Source: Geosiphon pyriformis uo1 (Eukaryota; Fungi; Glomeromycota). Taken from it: a DNA stretch of 64,000 nucleotides. Of this stretch, positions 51,801 through 64,000 are shown piece by piece (the first letter of the stretch is position 1; every line of letters begins with the position of its first letter). The stretch spans positions 186,001 through 250,000 of the forward strand of contig JAAOMT010000690.1 of assembly GCA_016748015.1 (NCBI GenBank), given 5' to 3'. A program made the position numbers and the translations under genes. The notes under the pieces were generated by a model that was not told the DNA's origin, made no database searches, and saw only the letters and a list, made by a program, of their open reading frames with translations.

Positions 51801-54662
51801 TCATTATTACTATAATTGGTCGCGTGATTTTTATAAAGTTCAATGAAAAAGCGGATTAAAATGCCTACTTCTAAAAGTTAATCCATCTAATAGTTGTGAA
51901 GTTGTTATTCAGGAAATTCCAATTGAGGAAAAAAGTATTTTTTTATTCAATCTCCGATCATTGGAAAAATTTTTTGTTTGTAAATGAACCATTGTATCAG
52001 GAGATCAAGATTTCATGCAAATGATGAGATGTATGGAATTTTAGCTGATTTTCATCTTATTTGGGCCCATAAATTTGTAAAACATTTTATGAAATATTTT
52101 TCCTAATACCACATACATGTACATATCTTACATCATTTAATTATAGTTCACAATGATAGCATAAAATAAGACCAAAAATTTTGAACAAAATGTTTATCTT
52201 ATCAATATCATAAAACATGAGGGGTGTTTAAAAAATACAAGAACTTTTTTCATTCAATAATAATCATAATAATACTATTACTATTATTGTTATTATTATC
52301 ATTATTATTTGCTGAAATTTAAAATTTAAAATTTAAAAAATTACTTTAAAAACATATGTCACATGTTTCTACGTGTGTTTGTTTTTTTAAATAGATAAAC
52401 TTTGTGTTCAGTTTCAGTTTCAAATACATTTGCCTAGAAGAAATTCTATAAACTTTTTTAAACTAACAATCAATTTTTTCACATTGTTCTAGAGTTATTT
52501 TCATTTCATTGATGTATGCAATAAAATATAAAAGGTAACAGAATAAATACCACTAAAGATTTTTATTATTAAGCCTGCATAAAAATAAATGTATAAAATA
52601 TTCTTGACGTAATATCTCCTCATGAATCATTAAATTAAAAATTCAAGCTTTTTGTAAAATTCTATAGGTTATTCATAAGTAAATTTTAATACAAAATGTG
52701 ACTGTCAATTAGACCTTATTTTTTTGTTAATAATAAAATATCTCACCAATATCCAAATTCATACCTATAAAAGTTCAGATGCAAAGTTTGTCTCCCAGAA
52801 TATCCTTATTTGGTCTCATTAATTCTAGAGCTCGATTGTGCACCTTAAAAAGTCCACAAAGCTTGACAAAAAAGGAATTTGAAAGCAATTTTATAAATGA
52901 AAACCATTCAATGCTCGCTTGCTGCAATATAAGTTTGTCCAATCATATGAAGCAAGAAAATTCATTGGAAATCATGTAAAATAGCATAAATAAAAAACAA
53001 ACTCGCAAGATTCATCCACTTTTTAGTAATCTTTGTTACAAGTTTCTTCATTGGTCTTTCTAAATTCATTTATGTCGTGTCAATATTAAAGTGTATCACT
53101 GTATAACTTTTTCAAATTTGCAGCTTATTTTAATTAGTCATTCTCAAGAATCTCAAATATATTATCGAAGCGTCTATTATGCGAATGATATTAAGATTTT
53201 GGATTTTTCAATAATAATTATCAGGTTTTAGCTTGAAATCGAAAAGGCTGCCAGATTTTTACAGTTAAATTTTTTCAATTTACATATTAATTTTGTAAAA
53301 TTTTGGCATAAAATTCGATTATAAAGAAAAATGTTTGATAATTTCTCATTTTTGAACCAATAACTCACGAAAAGGAATGCTTTAATTTAAACTTTTGAAT
53401 TTTGAATTTTTTCCAACGACCTGAATGAAATTTAAAAATCTTAGATGAATACTTTCATGATGTTAAAATGATTTGGCGAGAATTTTTAATGGTTATATTT
53501 GAAATATTGCCAACGTTTCTTTACAATGCTAAAAGAAAATCTCATTATGCGCAAAGATAATTTTTTCCTTATTCAATTGCCGATATCCAAAAATTGGGTG
53601 CATGAATCATGTTTTTTGTGCAAACAGGATCAGCTTTGCATTCTTTTCTCATCAAGAGTAACTTACAGTTTGATGTGGTAATAATATACAAACTGCTCTT
53701 TTAGGTACATACAAACATATGCATGCTCAATTGCAAAAAAATGTTTAGTACTAAGCTTTTCCATTAGCATTAAGGTTATGAATATTTTTTCCATGACGTA
53801 GAGATCTTTTACTCACAAATGTTGTTTCTATCATAATTCTTCTGATTGCTCTTTGGAAAAATCGTTGAAATTACGTAAACATTAATATGATCCTTAAAAG
53901 ATTTTGAGTTACTAAAAAAACCTATGAGGAACCCTTTTTTTCGTTTATCAGTAAAACAAATTGATAATATCAATGGTAATAAACAAATTCTAGTTTTTGG
54001 TTTTGATGATTTGAAAATACGTATTTGCTTGAATATTTTTACGTTTTATAAAAATTCTAAGAATGATTTCTCTTTATGGTAATTATATTGTAATTAATAA
54101 TAATTGCATTTTTTTTCAAAAGTTATATCTAAATAACATAATGACATATGCCAAAAAAATTAAGTGTTTCAAGTTGAATATCATAAAAATAATAATTTAA
54201 TTAATACAAAATACAATCATTTGCAGCCTGTCTCTAACAAATGAAACCAAATTTTTATTCTAAAAAAAGCTTGGTTCATAAGTAAATAAACTTTTGGGTG
54301 TTTTAAATTTTGAACATGGTTATTATAATATTAAATTTAAATCTAACAGAATCTTTATTTCAAGCATATATTTTAAATTAAGTAACCATTAGCTAAAAAA
54401 AATGTTCTCATTGCTCTTGAAGTTTTTTAATAAATTATAACAGTTAATATCCCAATATTATAGTTGGCTATAATAAAATAAATAAACTCTATTTTTTTTG
54501 ACAATTATTCTGAAGCTAAAAATTTCATTGTTTGATCCAACATTTTTTGATAGTTTTTAAAATATGTCAAATTTTTATTCATGAATTTATAATTTTTTGA
54601 CAAATTTTAATAACTTATATTTATTTCGAAAAGAATTTGAGAATTGTGATTTGTAGAAAAAA

Positions 54663-54932
54663 ATGAGTTTTCAAAATAAACATGTTTTAGATGTGGGAAA
54701 AAAATTTTACACCGCTGAAAAAGGTAATCAAAAGACTCAATTTAATTTGGATTTAATGTATGACAAATGCCAAGGAATGGAAGAATCGTTTGAAGTGGTG
54801 ATAAACTGGTTTCGGGCGGCTGTTGAACAAAGTTATGCAAAAGCTCAATCCAATTTGGGTTCCATTTATGCTCAAGATCAAATAGTGAGAGAATATTTTG
54901 AAGTTGTTTCAGGCTGCTTGAAAAAGAATTGA
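54663..54932 (+). pseudogene. Degenerate Sel1-like repeat protein fragment
   Basis: AEKGNQKTQFNLDLMYDKCQGMEESFEVVINWFRAAVEQSYAKAQSNLGSIY matches the Sel1 consensus AEQG...AQFNLG.MY..G.GV.......A..WF..AAEQG.A.AQ.NLG..Y with several conserved Gly/Ala lost. Only about 1.5 repeats precede the stop. Confidence 0.7.
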
Positions 54933-57900
54933 CAGGGCGAAAAGGGCCAGGGATAAATCAACTGTTTGTTGCTTATTAAGAAAGTATACACTGCCTCTGG
55001 TGGACAATTTCATCCGAAATTGGAGAGAAAGCATGGGGAGTCCCTCTATATGCATGAAGGGTAATTCAAATACTTTATATTTCATTATTGTTTATTAAGA
55101 TATAATAACAAATATATGTATAAATTAAAATTGTTTTATTAGTTTTCTGATTTATTAATGGTATTTCTCAATTGAAAGGACATTATTTATGTTTATTGTA
55201 ATCATGAAATTTGAAACAAATTTTTATAATACAAAGTTTTGTTAATAAAATTGAAAAGCCCAAGAAAATATAAATAAGTAAAATTTTGGCCATTTTTACA
55301 TCCTTTTTAAAATTTTATTATTGAATTTCTTTTAATTGATATTAGGGCTGTTTTCAATAATTTTAATAAAATAGCTTTGCTGCATGTTCATTTATGATTC
55401 TTTGATTTAATCTAATATTTGAATTTTTTCCTTGATTTAAAAAAATTCAAAATCTAGTTTTTACCAAATTGGTGTTTTATTTGATGAGTTTAACATATTG
55501 AAGAATTCTAAATTCTTAAAATATAAGAGGTTTGGGCCATTTAAATAAAAAGACATTCTTTTCAATAGTAATCATTTTCGTGAAGCTTATAATACAGGCT
55601 GTCTTGCACAAGAGTTATCATAGATATTAAACAGGTTAAACAAAAGCTTCGACATTTTTATAAACTCTACCATAAATATTTAATTGTGGCATACCAATTT
55701 TTTGAAAAGAAATAGACATATTATCAAACTTGCAAAATATCATTTAACGCCCCATATTTTCAATATTAATTAAAACAAGTACAATTCAATGAATTATTTA
55801 TGTTGGAATTCTCTATCTGTTTTAGTTTAAGATGCACATATTTCAAGTAAAGAGTTTCTTGACAACAATTATATTTAATCACAATTAAAAACTCAATTAG
55901 AATGCCCTGAAAGCCACGTTTGTGACAATAATAGTCTTTTTCATCGCTCAGAAGATTCATAAAAGTATCAACTTGATAAGTGTCCCAACCGGATCTTTTC
56001 AGAATGCCTCTATAGATAGTTGGATTTGGTTGCGAATTTTGAATGCTATTAAAAGGGTTTTAAAACCTTAGATTTTGAAATGAATAACTTTTCCAGCTGC
56101 TTGGAATCACAAACTTTAAATTTACTTTTTATTCTTGCAATGAGGATGAGCATTTACAACTATAGCTTTTGGCTATATTTTTTAAGAGACAATGAATTCA
56201 GCGGTAATGTAATTTATTAAAGTGCAAAACAGAGACAGATTTTTTAAGAAGTATGAAAGAGCTGGCACTGAATTCTTTTTTAAATTATTTTTTAAAAAAG
56301 AAATATTTTATGCCCTGCACACTGACAGCTTCAATTAGGATCAGAAAACAAAAAACAAATATATGAAAACTGATATTCTTCATTTTATTTTGCAGGGTTT
56401 TAAAACATCAAACTTTAAAGAAATTATTGATTCAAGATATCTCTTTTTATATTGATGTTAACCATTGATATGAAAATATGTCTTAATCTGTTATGAAGGA
56501 AGAAAAAACACCTTTAAGTCTCAGACAAAATATTATTATCGGCTTTCTATATCTATGATCCTAATTAAATTAAGTAATTTTATCCATAAGAAATAATTTC
56601 TCTTAATGGTCAATTACTCACGTTTGCTTAAAAAATTTTAAGCCAGGATTAAATTCATTTTTCATTCATTTTTTCTACTATCTATCGCTTTCCAATGTTG
56701 CTTGACAGGTATCTTGTCTTTAAATAAAGATTATTGTTATTTCAAAAATTTTGAATTTCATCAAATTAATCGATTTTGAATGTTTCTAATATATAATTTT
56801 ATTTGTTGTTTTATTAGGCAGATTAGTAATACATGAATCTATTTAGCAAAGCATTATTAAATTAAAACTTTTTGATGACCATTCATCGAAGTTTTATGAC
56901 ATGAAGCGTTTTAGAACAATTATTTTGCATAAATGAAAGAAGCTGAAAATTTGTAAGGAAATTAAGATTGTATATGTTTCACCAAAAATCTACTTTAATA
57001 AAATATTATAGTCAAGACTTTCGTTCCAAATAAAAAAATTAAAATATTTGTTAAAAATACAAGTTATAAAATAAAATACTTTTATATAAAACAATTTAAA
57101 CTTTAAAATTGATCATTAAAAGTAAAATTATCATCAAGAAATAAACTTAACAAAAACAAATGGTCTTAGAATTTACATTTTTGGTGTAAGTCAATTCAAA
57201 CAAAAGCGGTTTTTGAAAAGATTTTACTCTTAAACTATGCCTTTGAAAAAAACGGTACAATAAATATTCACTTTGAAAAATTCTTTTAATGAAAACATGA
57301 ACAATAATTTTGATTGTATAGAGATTTAATTTTTAAAACACAGAATTAAAAATTCAACTTATCTAACATCTATTTGTCTATTTATTGTGAATTAAATATA
57401 TTACATTAATTTTAAATTTTTTTATTATATGTTTGAAAATATAATAATAGCTTTGAAATTGAAGGCACTATATATAACTATAAGCTCAAAAACATAAAAC
57501 ATAAAAAATTGAAAATTGAAAATTCGCTTTTTTATAAAAGAAACCTATTCTAATACCATATACTTAAAATAAAATGTATTTTTTATATTTTCGAAAAAAA
57601 TTTTAATAAGAAATTATTGAGTATGTGAAATTTCAACACCTTTGTAAAAATTTTTAGCTTGGAATAAAGTATTGGCTATATTCTCTATTGAATTTTTTGG
57701 TTGCGCAATTGAATATTTTGAAATTTCTCTACTTTCTACCAATGAGCTTTTTAGAAATTTTTTACTTAGATCAAATTAGTAATGATATACCCATAAATTT
57801 AAAATAAATAAGATAATTATTAGATTTATGAAAAAATGAAAAATTATGTAAAAAATGCATTCAAGGATTTGATTTATTAATCATTTATAGGAATCTTATG

Positions 57901-58493
57901 AAATATTTAAAAATCAGATGATTATTTATATGATAAACACTTTATTTTATGAAAATTTATGTACATGTCTTTTAAGTAAAATTTTAACCAAAACTTTTTA
58001 TTTTTAATTAAGTTTATAATTATCATGTGGAATATTCAGTAATTTTTTGAAATATTTGTATCAATTACAAATATTTTAATGTTGTATTGATTCCTAATAT
58101 TTGAGCAACTAAATTCAAAAAAAATTTAAGTTGAATTATGTTATACAAGCACATTTACACAAAAAGATTTATTATCATCATTTCTATTGTTTTTGAGAGC
58201 CCTGCTTTGTAGCAAAAAATACTAAAGAGTTTAAAAAATTGATAATAAAGGCACGACCTTTTCTTATAGAATTGAGCAATTTTATTTATTTTCAAAAATT
58301 AATAATTTCCGGTCTGCAAGATTTTAATTTTAATGTGCTGACATTCTCTAATGAAATCAAGTTACATTATAAAAATTTTTCGCCATCAGATGAATAAATT
58401 TGGTTAGGTAACCTTATTAAAAAATTATAAGAAAATGCTAATGAATAGGTACTCATATAAAATTAGCAGGGCAAAAATAGTAAATAGATAATC

Positions 58494-59712
58494 CTATTGA
58501 GCTAAAGCTTTGAGAAAAACAAAGGCGAGACCAAGGTGAACTTTTGTAGTTAAATTTAAGGGATCCCAAAAGAAGTATTCTTCAGGATTAGAGCAAGGTT
58601 TCGCCGATTTGTCTATAAGATTATTCAAACAGGCATCTTTTGTATTTGTGATACCAGCATACTGCTCTAAGGCCGTTGTATTCCTCTGGTATTTATTAAA
58701 ATCGGCTGTGTAGATCGTGGCATCAGGATATTTTGTCGTAAAACTGGCGATGGAATTTTTCAGGGCTTCATTATGTTTAAGGTAAATTTCGAACAATATT
58801 GGTTTTAAATCCTCAAAATACAATTCAACGGCAGGAAAGAGAGAGAAATCCGGAAGACTTGGTACAAGGATATTTCGGACTCCGATTTCGTATAAGCTAA
58901 CCCAGATTTTAGAAAGTCTTTCTACAACTTCCTCAGGCACTGCCATAAAGTTAGAGAATCTATAATCTGCTCCACCAAGCCATGTCTATAAGAAAGGAAA
59001 ACCCTTAGATTTAATGATAACTTTCTCTGATATTGCTTAATATTCATCTGTTAAAAAAGAAAATAACTCACAACTACTAAGGTTTTATTTGAATCAATCC
59101 CAGATTTTGACGTATCTTTGTATAATTCGAATTGTTGCCTGAGCCCTGGTACCTCAAATTTCGTTCCGTTCACTTCGAGAAAACCTATCCAAATAGATGC
59201 ATACAAATTGTTATTGGTTATAAAAACTCTTAAATTCAAATAGAAAATTTAGAATTTTAAATTTATTTAATTACCTTGAATCACTTCATTGCTTTGGTTT
59301 AATAAAAGCCAAGTTTAACGAATTTGTTTAAAAATTTTATCAATAAAGATCGATCTCTTTCTTATTACATACTCTGAAGGTGCCGCAGCATAAGCAAAAT
59401 CTTTAATCTCCGCGCCTAAAAAACTAGCAAGATATTCTGGCCACACTAGACCATTTGAAAAACGGCCTTGGTAGTAATCATCGGTAAGAAGGTCAGGTCC
59501 TGCCAGCTTGTAAGAATTTCCATTATCTAAAACAATAGATTATTTCCTCAATTTGTTTACTAGGATGAGACTTTTTCATTTCCACACTCACCTGAAACTA
59601 CATCACCGAATACTACCAGCTTATTAAATTTTTTTTTTAACGCAGGAAAGCCATCTGTCAATGAGGCACAAGCGAAAAGGGATATGAATAATGCAAAAAA
59701 GTATTGATTCAT
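58494..59712 (-). CDS. Secreted GDSL/SGNH paralogue lacking the catalytic residues (predicted pseudo-esterase), 298 aa, exons 59712-59592, 59526-59373, 59291-59275, 59184-59072, 58985-58494
   Basis: Same exon structure and intron phases as 38897-40149 (exon 2 is 154 nt and exon 3 is 17 nt in both). Signal peptide and GRFSNGLVWPEYL are retained, but the blocks read FGDVVSD, FAYAAAP, WLGGADY and FWDPLNLT. Confidence 0.9.
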
Positions 59713-60659
59713 GATGATAATTCGAAATAAACTTTGAATTTTGATATAGTTTCTCTCTTTAAGCACCGAGAGATTTTATATAATTCTGGTAAAATTTCTT
59801 ATGGTCATAATAAGTGTTATCAGGTCAAAATATATGTGTTTTATCAAAATCTTTCATTTGTTTTAATGAAGAAAATATTGTTGTCCTATATCGTACTAGC
59901 TTGTCGAAAGACTCGTAATTTCAACAAACAACATTCAATGATAGATCGAAATGTTTTAATGATATTAAAAGTTAATCTGATAAAACAAAATGTTGGATTT
60001 GAAATCAAAATCACCTTCAATAATAATAATTGGAACGACTTATCAATAATTTATTTGCCCACGAGTTAGATGTTATCTCTTAAATATTGAAGCCTTTTAT
60101 GGTGTATTTTTTACAACAAATCAAAAAATTAATTGAATCTGAAGCTAAGATTTATCTGTCTTTGTTGCCAAATAATTCTCTGTCAAATTAACCTATTGAT
60201 TTAAAGTATAAGACTTTTCTTTGTCAATTAATAAGCGATTTCTCTGCTGAAATAACTTAAATCTCGATCAAAATTTGATTTTCTAATACGTAGAGTTTCA
60301 ATTTGATATGAAACAAATATTGAGCGACAAGATTAAGCTAATATTTATACGAACAAAAACCAATTAGACGGAATTTTTTCGATATAAAAACATTCCAACT
60401 TGAAGATCGGGTGACCAAAAAATATCAAGTATAAATCTTCCGGATTGCAGCTATTGATCAAATTATCTTTATATGGCAGTATGAAATAGAAATGTGTATT
60501 TGTAATTGCATGTCTCTCATTAAATGCCTTCCAAATGAAGGATTCCAGTTAATAAAGCTAAAATATTAAATCAATAAATTATATATTGAGTTAACTTTCG
60601 TTAAACCGAAGATAAATAATTCGAAGATTATTTTAATAATTAGCCACTATAATTGATCA

Positions 60660-60693
60660 TTTAATCCGAAGATCAGTAAAACTTCGGATTAAA
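60660..60693. repeat. Inverted repeat, 12-bp arms
   Basis: TTTAATCCGAAG-N10-CTTCGGATTAAA. Confidence 0.85.
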
Positions 60694-63600
60694 GTGCCAA
60701 AATAAAAGCTTTTTGCCCTCAACAGAGTCAATACTTATGATAAACAAAACATCTATAGCTCCTCTCGACATTATGGATTTAATTACTATATTGTGCAATC
60801 TTGGAATTCTGTCAACTCTGGTTCAATTTGTAAAAAACAGAAATTTTACATTTAGTGAATATTCTCTTATTTGATGATAATACTATAGATAAATCATCAG
60901 ATATAAAAAAATGATGCAACATATAATTAATCAACTTACAATTGATAATCTTTATTTGGTAAAGAATATTTTGAATTTGATTCTACTTTACGAATCAAAG
61001 TCATGAAAAAATCATTAAATTTGTTGATGGTGTAAAAGATCCTGAAAATTTAAAAGAAATTAAAGAAGTTAAAAATGTTGTAAATTTAACACAAAATGAG
61101 GCAATTATTGGTTTTGCATTGTACTTACAGATATTAAAAAAGAAAATTGTGATGAAACAGTAAAACACTTTCTAGTTTCAAAGTCAATAACTTGAAAAAC
61201 AGATAAATGAATTAATTTCTTAATTGTAATAATTTTATATTTTGAATTGGTTAAATTTGTTAAATTTGATTAGTATTAATATATATTTTTAACTATTCTC
61301 TTTTTCTTATGTATACTTTTTTGGTAAATAAAACTTAGGGTAAAATTTTCTTATTAGCAATTTGCTAAACTTTATTTTTTACACATTAATAATTTTGATT
61401 TTAAACAATAAAAAATTGTTTTCACAATAATTATATACAAAATATTATAAGATGTAGATTACAAAAATATCCAAATTATTATAAACTTTCAATAGCTAAA
61501 TTTTATTGGTTATAATTATTGCAAAAAATATGTTTAGCTTATTTTTTTGTAAGAATTTAAACATTTGAATGTTAAGTTTTTATTTTTTCTAATAATTAAT
61601 TAGATTTATCAATAAAATTTTCAGGTCTTGAATTCAATTTATTAATTTCAATAAAGTCATCGATTTTAAAGTTATTAGATTTCACCCAAAGAAAATAATT
61701 TTCAAAATAATTTTTGTTTTTCTTAATTATAATTCACGCCAAAAAATTTGTTTGGTTCAAATAATAATCGTTTAAAATTTGTTTTAAATCTAGAACTGAA
61801 TCTTGTTTTTCAGCTTAGTTCTTATCAAAATTGACATTGCCTGTTGTTATTTTTATGTTATCTAATTTTATGACTTTGTTTGACAAAATTGTTTTTTTTA
61901 TTATACGACAATTTTTCATTAGATCTGAAATTTTTCACATGTTTAATTCTATTTTATTGATTCTGTTTTCTTGACAATTGAGTTTTTATATTTCTATTTT
62001 GTTTAGTATTAAAATCAATTTGTTTTTATGTTTTATATTTTCTGAATTTAGAGCTGTTGAATTTTATGAAAGCTATTATTATTTTTGCCAATGAATATAA
62101 CCAAGTTCATTTTGACTTAAGCATTTAAGTTTTATTCAAAGCATTAAAACATAAAATAATACTACTAGCTGTTGGAATAATTTTATAAGTTTTTGTTTAT
62201 ATTTTAAAATCTAGCTTGTAAACAAATCAAATATATTTAAATCTAAAAATAATGCCTAATAGATTACAACCAATGTGATACTCAAATACAACTCCGAACC
62301 ATATAGCTAGAACTGATATAATAATTATTTTTATGTTACCAATTCCTTTTTTATTTAAAACTAACAAATTGAAATTGAACCAAAAATTAGTATAAATTTT
62401 ATTTTTGATTCATTTTATTATTTATAACCCCATTTGCAATGATTAGATCATGTATCATTTTAAGCTTTTAAGCAATTTAAAATTTACTAAAATTTGAATA
62501 GTTTTGAAAATGACTTTTTTAACAAAACTTTAATAAAACAGTTAAAATATATGAAATTAAAAATTTAACTAAAAATTCCTGAAAAATGAATTGCTTTCTT
62601 AAAGTATTTAACATTTAAATTGCAAATAGGTTTAAATATTTAGTATTAGCACTATATTAAATTTGCTAAAACAATTAATAGAAAAAGTTTTATTATATAA
62701 TTTTCAAAAATTATTGTCACAGATTAAACGATAAGTTAAATAATAACCGAAATTAAAAACAACATTTTTATGGGTCAAAGTAACACAATAATAGATAGCA
62801 AAAGAGAACAAATATTGTATGATAAGAAAACAAACAAAAAGAAAATTTATTTTTATAATTAAATTGAATTTGTAGGAATTTAATATGCAAAATTAGTCAC
62901 AATTACTATCTTTTTCAAAAGAAACAAGAGAATCTGAAGGTAAAAAGATAGTCAGTACTTTTAATAAAAGATAATACAGCTGCTATAATTTTATATTTTA
63001 TGTTAATGCTTTTAGAATTAAAATAACAGATATTATTTGTATTTTTTAGTAATATATTTCATAAAAGTTAAAAATATACAAATTAAAAGGAAAAAAGAGA
63101 AAAAATAATAATTAAAATTATATTGAAATTGTTGCATTAATTTTTTAACTAATTAAATGATTCAAATAAGAACTTTTTTCTACAGTTTTACTTATATATT
63201 TTTTAAAAAAGACTAATAATTAGATTGGTAATTATATTAACAATTAATTTTTAAATAAAGTAACTAATGTATGTAAATAAATATAATTAAATATTTAATA
63301 AAACTAAAAATTCAATTTTAACATAATTTTTTCCAAAAAGATCAAAGCTTTGGGAAAAAATTTACTAAGAAAAATTTTAGGTTATTTATTTTAAAACTAA
63401 TTTACTGAAGCTTTTGCTAACAAAATATATAATAACTGTGGTAATATAAGTTTTAAATTCATAAAACCAAATTTTTATATAGGCATTTTGACTTTTTTTG
63501 TAATAATTAAGACTTTTGAGACATTTAATTATATAATATTTAAGATTTTCATCTGAATTTTTAAAGTTATTTTCTTTAAAAGATTTATATCATTAATGAT

Positions 63601-64000
63601 TTTACCAAGTCATTCATATTATTAAAGTTGTTTTTCATATAGCAAGTTTTTATTAATAAGTAAAACTTTTTAATTATTCTTCTAATTGTGGTAAAAAGAA
63701 AAAATATTTTAGCAGTCATGTATTTAAGCTGTTTAATTGAGTTTTCGTTTTTATTAATAGATATTGCAAATTTTAATATGTTCTGTTATGTTTTTTTAAG
63801 ATTGTTCAATAGTATTATGCTAATGTTTTATTAAAAAGTCAGTGTATATATTGTATATTACAATTTTTTCCGAATTAAAATATTTTTAATATGATTTGTT
63901 TTAACAAATTAAAATAGAAATTTGATTATTTCACAAATTTTCTCTTTGCTGCTAGTTATATTTTATTAAATATGGTCTTTTACTCAAAAATTTGATACAG

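Noticed and set aside
55766-56035. Protein-like stretch QPNPTIYRGILKRSGWDTYQVDTFMNLLSDEKDYYCHKRG on the minus strand
   Set aside because: Possibly a relic, but I could not establish a family, start or exon structure.
60990-61165. Protein-like stretch HEKIIKFVDGVKDPENLKEIKEVKNVVNLTQNEAIIGFAL on the plus strand
   Set aside because: Short, with no start or recognisable domain, so it cannot be supported as a gene.

Overview
AT-rich, microsatellite-rich, gene-poor eukaryotic DNA with short GT-AG introns. It is fungal. A Glomeromycotina-like (arbuscular mycorrhizal) origin is inferred from composition, the Sel1-repeat relic and gene style, and is not proven. Gene models were built by hand: a Pcl/Pho85-type cyclin (+, 21423-22038), a secreted Cys-rich GPI-type protein carrying a +1 frameshift (-, 33358-34442), two five-exon secreted GDSL/SGNH (CE16-like) paralogues (-, 38897-40149 and 58494-59712), and a 1093-aa Zn(II)2Cys6 transcription factor between them (-, 44128-47903). 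There is also a small putative membrane protein (-, 1255-1602) and several coding relics. Two observations stand out. (1) The second GDSL paralogue has an intact ORF, signal peptide and splice sites, yet all four S-G-N-H catalytic and oxyanion positions are substituted, so it looks like a secreted pseudo-esterase near an apparently active copy. (2) The ~1.6 kb upstream of the cyclin contains only one sense-strand ATG, which opens a Met-Ala-Phe-stop uORF inside a GC-rich island, pointing to a long, translationally controlled leader. No rRNA, tRNA or CRISPR array was recognised.
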